DNA from: an uncultured Candidatus Rokubacteria bacterium | GTDB lineage: Bacteria > Methylomirabilota > Methylomirabilia > Rokubacteriales > DASRDR01 | NCBI GenBank assembly: GCA_963826115.1 | Contig: CAWGVS010000002.1 | Coordinates: 160,001 to 224,000, forward strand | Direction: 5' to 3' | Length of the DNA: 64,000 nt | Shown here: positions 9,437 to 21,398 of the stretch, piece after piece | Position numbering within the stretch: the first letter of the stretch is position 1 | Layout of the letters: every line of letters starts with the position of its first letter | Translations under genes and position numbers: made by a program | The notes under the pieces: model-generated | Told to the model about the DNA's origin: nothing | Databases searched by the model: none | What the model saw: the letters and a program-made list of their open reading frames with translations, nothing else

Positions 9437-10639
9437 TCAGTCGGTCGGGGCGCGCACCGACACGGCAGCCGCGCGCGCGGGCCGGACGAGCCCCGCCCCG
9501 AGCGCGATCAGGGCGCAGGCGAGCGCGACCAGCCCGAGCGCCACCGGCAGCCCGCGGGCGTCCGCCACGAGGCCGATGGCCGGCGGGCCCGCGAGGAAGC
9601 CGCCATAGCCGGTCGTGGCTACGGCGGCGAGCGCGGCGCCGGGCGCGAGCCCGGGCATCCGCCCCGCGGCGCCGAAGAGCACCGGGATCGAGTTCGCGAG
9701 CCCGAGCCCCACCAGTCCCGCCCCGACGATCGCCGCCCCGGGGTGGGCCGCGACCAGCGCCGCGGCGAGCCCGCCGGCGGCCAGACCCCCGGAGAGCCGG
9801 AGGAGCCGGACCGGGCCGAGCCGGACGGCCAGGCGGTCGCCGCCGAACCGGCCGACCGCCATCGCGAGGGAGAACGCCGCGAACCCCGCGCCGGCCAGGG
9901 CCGGCGGCGCGCCGAGATCGTCGCGGAGATAGACCGCGCTCCAGTCGCCCATCGCGCCCTCGGCCAGGAGCGCGCAGAAGGTCAGGCCCCCGAGCCCGAG
10001 GAGTCGCCGCGGCGGCCAGGCGAAGACCGGCGCTCGCGCGGCGGCCCGCGGCGCCGAAGGCACGAGGGCGCCCCTCACCGCGCCGAGGACGGCGAGGGCG
10101 CCGACCGTCACCGCGGTCACGTGCGCGACGGCCGGCGCACCGACCGCCATGGCGCCGACCGCCAGCGCGGCGCCCACGAGGCCGCCGAGGCTGAAGAGCC
10201 CGTGGAAGCTCGAGAGCACCGGCCGCTCGAGGGCCGCCTCGACGGCCACGCCCTGGGCGTTCATCGCGACGTCGAGCGTCGCGTTCGCCGCGCCGAAGCA
10301 CGCCAGGGCGGCCGCGACCAGTGCCGCGCTCGGCGCGATGACGGGCACGGGCAGCCCGAGGGCCAGCGCGGCCGCCGCGAGGAGCGTCACGCGCCGGCTC
10401 CCCAGCCGGCCCACGAGCCAGCCCGCGGCGGGCAGGACGGCCACGGCGCCCACGGCCATCGCGAGGAGCACGCGGCCGAGGGCGCCGTCGCCCAATCCGT
10501 GCGTGGTCTTGATCAGCGGGATGTACGGCACCCAGCTCGCGAGGAGGAGGCCGTTCAGGAGGAAGATCGTGCCGACCGCGGCTCGCGGGGAAAGCCGCCC
10601 GCGCGCGCCGGTCGTGCGGGCGCCGCCATCGAAGGCCAT
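9437..10639 (-). CDS. MFS transporter
   Basis: About 12 hydrophobic segments; GWLVGRLGSRR and GRFGGDRLAVRLG loop motifs; AEGAMGDWSAVYL. Confidence 0.85.
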   Translation of the reverse strand: MAFDGGARTTGARGRLSPRAAVGTIFLLNGLLLASWVPYIPLIKTTHGLGDGALGRVLLAMAVGAVAVLPAAGWLVGRLGSRRVTLLAAAALALGLPVPVIAPSAALVAAALACFGAANATLDVAMNAQGVAVEAALERPVLSSFHGLFSLGGLVGAALAVGAMAVGAPAVAHVTAVTVGALAVLGAVRGALVPSAPRAAARAPVFAWPPRRLLGLGGLTFCALLAEGAMGDWSAVYLRDDLGAPPALAGAGFAAFSLAMAVGRFGGDRLAVRLGPVRLLRLSGGLAAGGLAAALVAAHPGAAIVGAGLVGLGLANSIPVLFGAAGRMPGLAPGAALAAVATTGYGGFLAGPPAIGLVADARGLPVALGLVALACALIALGAGLVRPARAAAVSVRAPTD

Positions 10640-10650
10640 GGCGCCGACGA

Positions 10651-11529
10651 TCAGCGCGCCCCCGCGGCGTACCCGCACCGGAAGATGCAGCGCTGGCGCC
10701 CGTCGTGCACGAGCTTGGCGCACCGGACCGCTGGCTGCCGGGGCGCCCGGCGGTACGCCTCGGTCGCGAGCAGCATACCGAGCGGGGGCGCGAGGAGGTA
10801 CACCCAGAAGGCCATCCACGTCCCCGCCCACGCCGCGGACCCGGTGGAACGCGCCGGGTTCAGGCTCATCCCGGACAGGGGGGCCTCGACGATGATGTAC
10901 GTCGCGACGAGCGCGGCGGCGCCGAGCCCCGCGAAGCGCGCAAGCTCGTCCCGGTTCGAGACCCGCAGCACGACGGTCATGAGCCCGAACGCCATCAGGA
11001 CCTCGGCGACGAACGCCACGCCCGCGCCCGGCGCGCCCGGCGTGGTCGCCGCGAAGCGCACCGCCGGGTCCGCGACCCGGGCCCCGAGCAGCGCGGTCGC
11101 GAGCCCGACGCCGGCCACCGCGCCGCCGAACTGCGCGAGCACGTAGAACACCGCGTCCCACCCCGCCACCTTGCCGAGGCGCCAGAACGCGAGCGTCGTG
11201 GCCGGGTTGAAGTGGGCGCCCGACCGGCGACCCCACGGCGAGTAGATCAGCGCGATCGCCGTGAGCGCCATCGCGAGCCCCATGGGGAGCCGGCGCCACA
11301 CGGCGACCGGTATGGCCTGGCGGACCGGCGAGCCCGGGTGCTCGAGGATCGTGGCGAACAGGCACGCCGACAGCATGAAGACGCCCAGCCCGGCCGCCTC
11401 GATCAGGTACTCCGGCCAGTGGGCGCCGAGCGTCGCCCCGGCGCGTGCGGCCCATCCGCGGGTGGCGACGGCCGGCTCGGCCAGCGCGCCCGCGGGACGC
11501 CGGACCTCGGCGGGAGCGGTGGCGGCCAT
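10651..11529 (-). CDS. Aquaporin/MIP channel with Cys-rich C-tail
   Basis: SGAHFNPATT and SLNPARS; tail CAKLVH..RCIFRCG. Confidence 0.9.
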   Translation of the reverse strand: MAATAPAEVRRPAGALAEPAVATRGWAARAGATLGAHWPEYLIEAAGLGVFMLSACLFATILEHPGSPVRQAIPVAVWRRLPMGLAMALTAIALIYSPWGRRSGAHFNPATTLAFWRLGKVAGWDAVFYVLAQFGGAVAGVGLATALLGARVADPAVRFAATTPGAPGAGVAFVAEVLMAFGLMTVVLRVSNRDELARFAGLGAAALVATYIIVEAPLSGMSLNPARSTGSAAWAGTWMAFWVYLLAPPLGMLLATEAYRRAPRQPAVRCAKLVHDGRQRCIFRCGYAAGAR

Positions 11530-11533
11530 CCCG

Positions 11534-14186
<2,653 letters not shown>

Positions 14187-14197
<11 letters not shown>

Positions 14198-14996
14198 GCG
14201 CGAACTCCGGGTAGAGCGTCATGCCGCCGTCGACGAACAGGGTCTGCCCGTGGACGTAGTCGGCGTCGTCGGACACGAGCCACGCCACCGCCTTGCCGAT
14301 GTCCTCGGGGCGGCCGATGCGCCCGTAGGGGATCAGGGTGAGGAGGCTCTGGAGCGCTTCGGGGGCCTCCCACGCCGCCCGGTTGATCGGCGTCTGGATC
14401 GCCCCCGGCCCGACCGAGTTCACCCGGATCCGGTGCGGCGCCAGCTCCTGCGCGACGGACTGCATGAACAGCATCATGCCGCCCTTGGAGGCCGCGTAGT
14501 TCACGTGCCCGGCCCAGGGAATCCGCTCGTGGACCGAGGACATGCAGATGATCTTGCCGGTGGCCCGGGAGACCGCCGGCCGGGGGCCCCGCCGGATCAT
14601 CTCGCGGGCCGCCTCGCGCACGCAGAGGAACGTCCCGGTGAGGTTGACGCCGAGCACGGTGTTCCACTGGTCGAGCGTCATGTCGACGAGGCTCGCGTCC
14701 CGCTGGAGCCCCGCGTTCGACACCAGGATGTCGATCGTGCCCCAGGCCGCGATCATCTCCTGGAACATCGACCGCACCTCGGCCTCGCGCGACACGTCCG
14801 CGCGGATGGCCATGGCGGCGACGCCCGCCTCCTTGAGCTCGCCGACCAGCCGGTCGGCGTCCTCGGGCCGGCTCACGTAGTTGACGACCACGTCCGCGCC
14901 CGCGGCGGCGAGCGCCCGCGCGACGCCCTCGCCGATGCCGGAGTTCGCCCCGGTGACGAGCGCCTTCTGGCCCTTCAACGGCTGGTGCGAGGTCAT
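14187..14996 (-). CDS. Glucose 1-dehydrogenase-like SDR
   Basis: [43 protein letters not shown]. Confidence 0.88.
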
Positions 14997-15274
14997 GTCG
15001 ATCCGTCCTCCCTCGGCGCGCCGGAACCGGGCGGGCGCTCGAGCCGGTTCAGCAGGAACTGTCGGAGCCGCGTCCGCATGTCCTCCGGCATGGCGACCCG
15101 GGTCACCTCGCCGGTGAGCTCGCGCGTCCTCCGGTAGGTGTTGACGTAGGCGACGCACGCCGGGCAGCGGTCGAGATGCCCGTTGAGGCCCTCGAGCGTC
15201 TCCGCCGGCAGGCTCTGCTCCAGGTAGTCGGCCAGGAGCGCGATGACGTCGCGGCAGGTCAGTCTCTCCGTCAT
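14993..15274 (-). CDS. zf-HC2 (ZAS) anti-sigma factor, soluble
   Basis: LTCRDV..HLDRCPAC (HxxxCxxC), directly downstream of an ECF sigma. Confidence 0.85.
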   Translation of the reverse strand: MTERLTCRDVIALLADYLEQSLPAETLEGLNGHLDRCPACVAYVNTYRRTRELTGEVTRVAMPEDMRTRLRQFLLNRLERPPGSGAPREDGST

Positions 15275-15281
15275 GTCTGCC

Positions 15282-15878
15282 TCACGTGAGCGCCTGGGTG
15301 AGCTGCTCGCGCAGCGCCATGCGCGCCCGGTGGAGTCGGGACTTCACGGACGCGACCGTCTCGCCGAGGATGTCGGCGACCTCCTCGTTCGACAGCCCCT
15401 CGAGGTCCCGGAGCAGCACCACCGCCCGGTAGGTGTCGGGCAGCCGCTCGAGCGCCTGCGTCAGGACCGCGCGCGTCTCGACCGCCTGGGCCGCCTCGTC
15501 CGGCTTCTGCGACCAGTCCGCGCACAGGTAGGCGCGGTCCCCCTCGCGGTGCCCGTCCTCCAGGAATCGCGGAAGGTAGTCCTCCAGCAGCACCTCGAGC
15601 TCCGCCCGCTTGCCGCGCCGCTTGATGAGCGCCGCATTCGTGGTGACGCGGTAGATCCAGGTCCCGAGGGCCGAGCGTTCCTCGAAGGTGTCGATCTTGC
15701 GGAAGAGCGTCAGGAACACGTCCTGGACGATCTCCTCGGCGTCCGCGTCGTTGCGCGTGATCCCATAGGCCAGGCGGTAGATGCGGCCCGAGTAGCGGGC
15801 CATCAACGACTCGAGCGCCCCGGTGTCCCCCAGCCGGAGCCGCTCGATCAGCCGGGCCTCCGACGCGAGCTCCGCCAT
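15282..15878 (-). CDS. ECF RNA polymerase sigma factor
   Basis: DAEEIVQDVF, TWIYRVTTN, LPDTYRAVVLLRDLEGLSNEEVA..VKSRLHRAR; GGGGAGG RBS before ATG 15878. Confidence 0.92.
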   Translation of the reverse strand: MAELASEARLIERLRLGDTGALESLMARYSGRIYRLAYGITRNDADAEEIVQDVFLTLFRKIDTFEERSALGTWIYRVTTNAALIKRRGKRAELEVLLEDYLPRFLEDGHREGDRAYLCADWSQKPDEAAQAVETRAVLTQALERLPDTYRAVVLLRDLEGLSNEEVADILGETVASVKSRLHRARMALREQLTQALT

Positions 15879-15960
15879 CGTCCTCCCCGCATCCGGCGCC
15901 GGGGTCGCCTCCCCCGGACCGCCGTGGCGCTCCATGGTCGCAGATGAGCCCGGCATGGGG

Positions 15961-16905
15961 CTACTGGCCCACTGCCAGGGGCCGCCCGGCACGAGCCGGG
16001 TGCTCGACCTGACGGCGCGTCGCGAACACCCGCGCGGGATCGCCCAGGTCGTTCCAGGCGACGCCGGCGACCGGGAGCACCGCCAGGCGCTCGGGACGGG
16101 CCGCCAGCACGTCCCGCGAGAAGTCCGCCGCCGGGAGGGCCGCGTACGCCTCCCGGACGGCGCCGGGCTCGGCGGGCCGTTCGAAGGCCGGCCGGGCGGC
16201 CGCGAGGGTGCGGTAGACCGCCGGCAGGGTTTGCCGGACCAGCCCGATCAGGGCGCTCACCCGGGACACGATCACGAAGCTGTTCCAGAGGCAGCCCCGC
16301 GCCTCGAGCTGGGCGGCGATCCGCGGCCCGGGCTTCTCCCAAAAGCGGCGGACTCGGGAGACGAGCAGCGGCCGGGGCCGCGCGAGCGGCACCACGGGCC
16401 CGCCCGGCTCGATCCAGCCGTACTCGGTCTCCGGGCGGTCCGGCCGGATCCCGAGGAGAACCGTGAGGTCGGGGCACGCCCGGACCGCGTCGAACGCGGC
16501 GTCCACGTAGGCCATGAAGGCCTCGTCGTCCGAGACGTAGTGGTCCGAGGGAAAGAGCGCCACCGCGTCCGAAGCGGTCACGGTCTCGAGCCGCAGGAGC
16601 GGATAGAGGATGCCCGCGGCCGTGCCGCGGTTCGCGGGCTGGACGACCACCGCGTGGGGCGGGAGATCCGCGAGCGCGTCCCGGTAGAACGGCTCGTGTT
16701 GACGCGTGACGACGACCAGCGTCCGGAGCGGCGAGATCGACTGGCTCACGCGCCGGCGGGTCTGCTCGAGCAGCGTCTCGTCGCCCAGCACCCGGCAGTA
16801 CTGCTTCGGCCGCTCGTCCCCGGCCAGCTCCCGGGTCAGCGTCCGGAGACGCATCCCGTCCCCGCCCGCCAGGATCACCGCCCATCGCCTCCCGTAGTCG
16901 GTCAT
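15961..16905 (-). CDS. Sugar-phosphate nucleotidyltransferase (mannose-1-phosphate guanylyltransferase-like, no isomerase domain)
   Basis: VILAGGDGMRL, RPKQY, QPANRGTA, FPSDH, ETEYGWI, FWEKP, WNDLG. Confidence 0.85.
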   Translation of the reverse strand: MTDYGRRWAVILAGGDGMRLRTLTRELAGDERPKQYCRVLGDETLLEQTRRRVSQSISPLRTLVVVTRQHEPFYRDALADLPPHAVVVQPANRGTAAGILYPLLRLETVTASDAVALFPSDHYVSDDEAFMAYVDAAFDAVRACPDLTVLLGIRPDRPETEYGWIEPGGPVVPLARPRPLLVSRVRRFWEKPGPRIAAQLEARGCLWNSFVIVSRVSALIGLVRQTLPAVYRTLAAARPAFERPAEPGAVREAYAALPAADFSRDVLAARPERLAVLPVAGVAWNDLGDPARVFATRRQVEHPARAGRPLAVGQ

Positions 16906-16942
16906 GGCCCCCCTCCCGCGTGTCTCTGCGCCCGACAGTTCC

Positions 16943-16973
16943 CTTAGACACAGGCGGACGGGATCACGGTTCG
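16943..16973 (-). promoter_or_regulatory. Putative ECF sigma promoter (copy 1), heading the operon that contains the ECF sigma
   Basis: CGAACCG-N15-GTGTCTAAG, 38 nt upstream of ATG 16905. Confidence 0.6.
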
Positions 16974-17177
16974 ACGAGGGGAGGCGGCGCTCGCTGACGG
17001 CGAGGGGGCCCCGCTCGGCGCGGCGAACCGCGCGATTCCGTTGACGCGCGATGGGAGAGGTGGCCCCCTTGACGCGGGGTCCCCGGGGGGACGATTCTCG
17101 GCCCATCTCGGGGCGCGCCTCGTCCCGGGGCGGCCACAGTGCCGCGGGCCGAGACCTCACGCTCAGGGAGGACCCTC

Positions 17178-18404
17178 ATGGCGTCAGACTCGCCGGACAC
17201 AGCCATTCACACGTCGATCTCGCGACGCAGACTCATCACCGGGGTCGGCTTGGCCGCCGGGGCGGCCGTCATGGCTCCCCGACTCGGGCGGGCCCAGACG
17301 GGGCCCATGGCCCCGCCGAGCACGATCACGACGCCGCCGCGGGACTTCGGCCCGAACGGCGCGCCGACCACCTACTTCACGGACCCCGACGTCCTCAGCG
17401 TGGACCCGATGTTCAACGGCATCGCCCAGCCGAACAGCGCCATCCAGCGCCTGTGGACCGGCGCGCTCTGGGCGGAGGGGCCGGCGTGGAGCGGCCAGGG
17501 CCGCTACCTGGTCTTCAGCGACATCCCCAACAACCGGCAGATGCGGTGGGTCGAGGACACCGGCCACGTCAGCGTCTTCCGGATGCCGTCCAACAACAGC
17601 AACGGCAACACGTTCGACTTCCAGGGCCGCCAGCTCTCGTGCGAGCACCTGACGCGCCGGGTGGTCCGCTACGAGCACGACGGCTCCATCACCATCCTCG
17701 CGGAGGCGTTCGAGGGCAAGCGTCTGAACTCCCCGAACGACGTCGTCCCCCATCCGGACGGGAGCTACTGGTTCACCGACCCGCCGTACGGCGGGCAGCT
17801 CTACGAGGGCGCGCCGGACGCCGCGGGCGGGCCCAGCAACCCGGCCGGGCGCCTGAAGAACCGGCTGGGGCAGGCCGCGGAGATCGGCGGGGCGAAGCGG
17901 GAGCTCCCAACGAACTGCTACCGGATCGACCCCAGCGGGCGCATCGACCTCGTCATCACCGAGGCCCAGGTGCCCGATCCGAACGGGCTCTGCTTCTCCC
18001 CCGACTACAAGAAGCTCTACGTCGCCAGCACCGGGAAGGGTCCGGGCGACCAGGGACCCGGTGGCAAGGGCGACATCCACGTCTTCGACGTGGGGAGCGA
18101 CAACAAGGTCTCCAACCAGAAGCTCTTCTCCGACTGCATGGTGGACGGCGTCAAGTGCGGGCCGGACGGCGTCCGCTGCGACGTGGACGGCAACCTCTGG
18201 ACGTCGAGCAACGCGGGCCGCGCGGTCGGCTACAGCGGGGTCCTCGTGTTCACGCCGGAGGCGAAGCTGATCGGGCGCATCCGGCTCCCGGAGATCTGCG
18301 GGAACGTCGCCTTCGGCGGCCCGAAGCGGAACCGCCTCTTCATGGCCGGCAGCCAGTCGCTGTACGCCGTCTACGTCAACACCCAGGGGGCCGCGCCGGG
18401 CTAG
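17178..18404 (+). CDS. SMP-30/gluconolactonase family protein with Tat signal
   Basis: SRRRLI + hydrophobic core; WAEGPAW, SDIPNN, NSPND, PNGLCFSPD, PDG. Confidence 0.9.
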   Translation: MASDSPDTAIHTSISRRRLITGVGLAAGAAVMAPRLGRAQTGPMAPPSTITTPPRDFGPNGAPTTYFTDPDVLSVDPMFNGIAQPNSAIQRLWTGALWAEGPAWSGQGRYLVFSDIPNNRQMRWVEDTGHVSVFRMPSNNSNGNTFDFQGRQLSCEHLTRRVVRYEHDGSITILAEAFEGKRLNSPNDVVPHPDGSYWFTDPPYGGQLYEGAPDAAGGPSNPAGRLKNRLGQAAEIGGAKRELPTNCYRIDPSGRIDLVITEAQVPDPNGLCFSPDYKKLYVASTGKGPGDQGPGGKGDIHVFDVGSDNKVSNQKLFSDCMVDGVKCGPDGVRCDVDGNLWTSSNAGRAVGYSGVLVFTPEAKLIGRIRLPEICGNVAFGGPKRNRLFMAGSQSLYAVYVNTQGAAPG

Positions 18405-18426
18405 CCGCGCCGAGCACCCCGGATTC

Positions 18427-18465
18427 ACGAGAGCCCGGCGCCGGTCAATGGCGTCGGGCTCTCGT
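18427..18465 (+). terminator. Intergenic stem-loop (terminator or mRNA stabiliser)
   Basis: ACGAGAGCCCGGCGCC-7nt-GGCGTCGGGCTCTCGT, 16-bp stem with one G-U; no U-tract. Confidence 0.55.
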
Positions 18466-18524
18466 CCTCGCACCGCGCTCCCATCCCGTTCACGGCACCA
18501 GGCCCGGAGGTCGCAGACCCAGCC

Positions 18525-19880
18525 ATGAGCATCCTCATCCGAGACGCGACGGTCATCACGGTGGACGCCCGGCGCCGCATCCTCGAGCCCGGCGCGGTCT
18601 ACGTCGACGGGGCGCGCATCGTCGACGTGGGCCCGAGCGACGAGGTCGTCCGCCGGCACCCGACCGCGGGCCGGGTCATCGACGGCCGGCGCAAGGTCGT
18701 CATCCCCGGGCTCGTCAGCGCGCACAACCACGTCGGCTACACGCTCTTCCGCGGCCGGGCCGAGGACGCGGGCCTCGGCTGTGTCACCGGCATGTACTTC
18801 CCGATGACGACCGTCGTCACGCGCCCGGAGCGCCTGGCGGTGGGCTCTCTCACCTACGCGGAGCTCCTGCAGAGCGGCGTGACGACCGCGCTCGAGATGG
18901 AGGAGGACGCCGACGTCTACGCGCCCTTCGTGGAGCGGCTCGGAATCCGGAGCCTCATGGGCGTCATGACCCTCGACGTCGACGTGGACGGGCTCCGCCA
19001 CAACCGGTACCACTACGACCCCGCCCTCCGGCGGGCCCAGCTCCGCCAGGCCGTCGAGTTCGCCGAGGCCTGGCACGGCAAGGCCGACGGCCGGATCTCG
19101 GTCATCATGGCGCCGAACATGACGATCAGCTCCTCGCCGGAGCTGCTCCGGGAATCCCGCGCCGCCGCCGACCGCCTGGGGCTGCGCCTCAGCATTCACC
19201 TCGGCTGGGGTCCGGCCGAGGGGGTCGCCATCCGCCGACTCCACGGCGTCGGGGCGTTCGAGTACGCGCGGGCCAACGGGCTCCTCGCCCCCGACGTCGT
19301 CGCGGCGCACTGCTACGTCATCGAGGACCCGGACATCGCGCTTCTCGCGGAGACGCGCACGGCCGTCGCGCACTGTCCGCTCATGAACTCGGTCCGCGGC
19401 CTCATCGCGCCCGTCGGCGAGTTCCGGCGCCGCGGCATCACCGTCGGTCTCGGCATCGACAACATGTTCGCCGACTACTTCGACGTGATCCGCGCGTGCG
19501 TCCTGATGGCGCGCATCAAGGAGCGGAACGCGCTGACGATGCTCACGCCCGAGGCGCTCGAGCTCGCCACGATGGGCGGCGCGCGGGCGCTCGGCCTCGA
19601 CCGCGAGATCGGGTCCATCGAGACGGGCAAGCGCGCGGACCTGGTGGTGCTCGACTACCGGGCCTTCGGCCTCACGCCCACCCTCGACCCCATCCAGAAT
19701 CTCGTCTACCACGGCCACTCGAAGGACGTGGAGACCGTGCTCGTGGACGGCCGCGTCGTCGTCGACGGCCACCGCCTGGTCCACGCCGACGCCGGCGCGC
19801 TCCTGGACGCCGCGCAGGACGCCGCGACGGCCGCCTGGGGGCGCTTCGTCGCGAAGTACGGCGGGATCATGGCCGGGTAG
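18525..19880 (+). CDS. Metal-dependent amidohydrolase (MTA/SAH deaminase-like)
   Basis: PGLVSAHNH, SIHLG, AAHC, GLGID, GSIETGKRADLVV. Confidence 0.85.
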   Translation: MSILIRDATVITVDARRRILEPGAVYVDGARIVDVGPSDEVVRRHPTAGRVIDGRRKVVIPGLVSAHNHVGYTLFRGRAEDAGLGCVTGMYFPMTTVVTRPERLAVGSLTYAELLQSGVTTALEMEEDADVYAPFVERLGIRSLMGVMTLDVDVDGLRHNRYHYDPALRRAQLRQAVEFAEAWHGKADGRISVIMAPNMTISSSPELLRESRAAADRLGLRLSIHLGWGPAEGVAIRRLHGVGAFEYARANGLLAPDVVAAHCYVIEDPDIALLAETRTAVAHCPLMNSVRGLIAPVGEFRRRGITVGLGIDNMFADYFDVIRACVLMARIKERNALTMLTPEALELATMGGARALGLDREIGSIETGKRADLVVLDYRAFGLTPTLDPIQNLVYHGHSKDVETVLVDGRVVVDGHRLVHADAGALLDAAQDAATAAWGRFVAKYGGIMAG

Positions 19881-19903
19881 CGGGCCATCCGGGAACGACG
19901 GCG

Positions 19904-20638
19904 ATGACGAGCCCCGCCGAGCTTCGGGCCCGGATCCGCGTGTGCATGTTCGACCAGTACGGCACCGTCGTCGACATGCAGACGGGGCTCCGGGAGGCGG
20001 TCACGCCCTATCTCCGGCAGAAGGGCTGGGCCGGTGACCCCGACCAGTTCGTGACGTGGTGGCGGCGCACCCACTTCGAGAACTCGATGATCGACGCGCT
20101 CCTCCAGCGCGAGCACACGCCCTACCGGGAGATCGGCCATCGGTCGGTGGCCTGGGTGCTCGACCGCGCGGGCATCCCCCACACGCTGGACGAGGTGCGG
20201 CATCTAGTCGCGCAGATCGAGACGCTGCGCCCGTTTCCCGAAGTCCCCGACGCGCTCGCCCGTCTCCAGGCCCGCTTCAAGCTCGTCGTCCTCTCGAACG
20301 GCGACCCGGACATGCTCGAGGCGGCAAAGCCGCACCACCGGATCCCGTTCGACGCGGTCATCTCCGTGGCGATCGCCAATGCGTTCAAGCCACACGTGGC
20401 GACCTACACTCGCGCCGCCGAGATCCTGGACGTCCCGATGGCGGACGTCCTCTTCGTCGCCAACCACGCCTTCGACTGCGTCGGGGCCAAGTCCGCCGGC
20501 ATGCACAGCGCCTTCATCGACCGCCGCCGGCGGCCTTTCGGCGCGACGCCGCACCAGCCGGACCTGATCGTCGCCAGCATGACGGAGCTCGCGGACCTGC
20601 TCACCGGCGGGCCGAGTCCCGGAGGAGCAGACGGATGA
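19904..20638 (+). CDS. Haloacid dehalogenase type II
   Basis: FDQYGTVVD, LSNG, FKPH, FVANHAFD. Confidence 0.85.
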   Translation: MTSPAELRARIRVCMFDQYGTVVDMQTGLREAVTPYLRQKGWAGDPDQFVTWWRRTHFENSMIDALLQREHTPYREIGHRSVAWVLDRAGIPHTLDEVRHLVAQIETLRPFPEVPDALARLQARFKLVVLSNGDPDMLEAAKPHHRIPFDAVISVAIANAFKPHVATYTRAAEILDVPMADVLFVANHAFDCVGAKSAGMHSAFIDRRRRPFGATPHQPDLIVASMTELADLLTGGPSPGGADG

Positions 20639-21321
20639 TCACCTGGCATCCCTCGAGACCTGTCCCCGCGCCCGCCGCTTTGGGCGCGTGCCTCCTGGCC
20701 GTGACGCTCGTCGGCTCGGACCGCCCGGCCGCCCTGGCCGGCGGCGCCGGGGTCTCGCGCCTCGCCCAGGCCACGCCCGCTCAGGCGGACCGACCGGTCA
20801 CGCTTCGGGGCAGCATCGTCAGCCTCGAGGGGACCCAGCTCCGCGTGGCCACCGCCACCGGCGTCGAGGCCGTCACCCTGGTCCCTCCGCTCACGGTCAC
20901 CGGGGCGAGCCGAGCCAGCCTCGCTGACATCGGCCCCGGGACGTTCCTCGGGACGGCCGCGCGCACTCAGCCGGACGGCACGTTCCGTGCGCTGGAGGTG
21001 CACATCTTCGACGAATCCATGCGCGGGACGGGCGAGGGGCATCGGCCCATGGACGCGCCCGGCACGACCATGACCAACGCGGCCGTCGACGCCCTCGTGC
21101 AACGGGCAGACGGCCCCCTCTTGACTCTCAAGCACAAGGATGGCGTGACGCAGGTCCTGGTGCCGCCCGAGGCGCCCATCGTGCGATTCGCACCGGGGAA
21201 CCCGAGCCTCCTCGTCGCGGGGGCCAGCGTCGCGGTGTTCCGAGCGACCCGGGCCACCGACGGCACCCTCAGCGCCTCGCGCCTCACCGTCGGCGTGAAC
21301 GGCACGCGGCTGCCGATGTAG
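20635..21321 (+). CDS. Exported hypothetical protein (DUF5666-like repeated beta domains)
   Basis: Signal-like N-terminus; ALEVHIFDESMRGTGEGHRP, MTNA. Confidence 0.6.
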   Translation: MITWHPSRPVPAPAALGACLLAVTLVGSDRPAALAGGAGVSRLAQATPAQADRPVTLRGSIVSLEGTQLRVATATGVEAVTLVPPLTVTGASRASLADIGPGTFLGTAARTQPDGTFRALEVHIFDESMRGTGEGHRPMDAPGTTMTNAAVDALVQRADGPLLTLKHKDGVTQVLVPPEAPIVRFAPGNPSLLVAGASVAVFRATRATDGTLSASRLTVGVNGTRLPM

Positions 21322-21398
21322 ATCGAAGCCCGCTGGAGCACGTCACCTCGTTCGCGCTCGGGGCGAGCGTGAGCGCGTGGAAGCGGCCGCCCCTCGGT

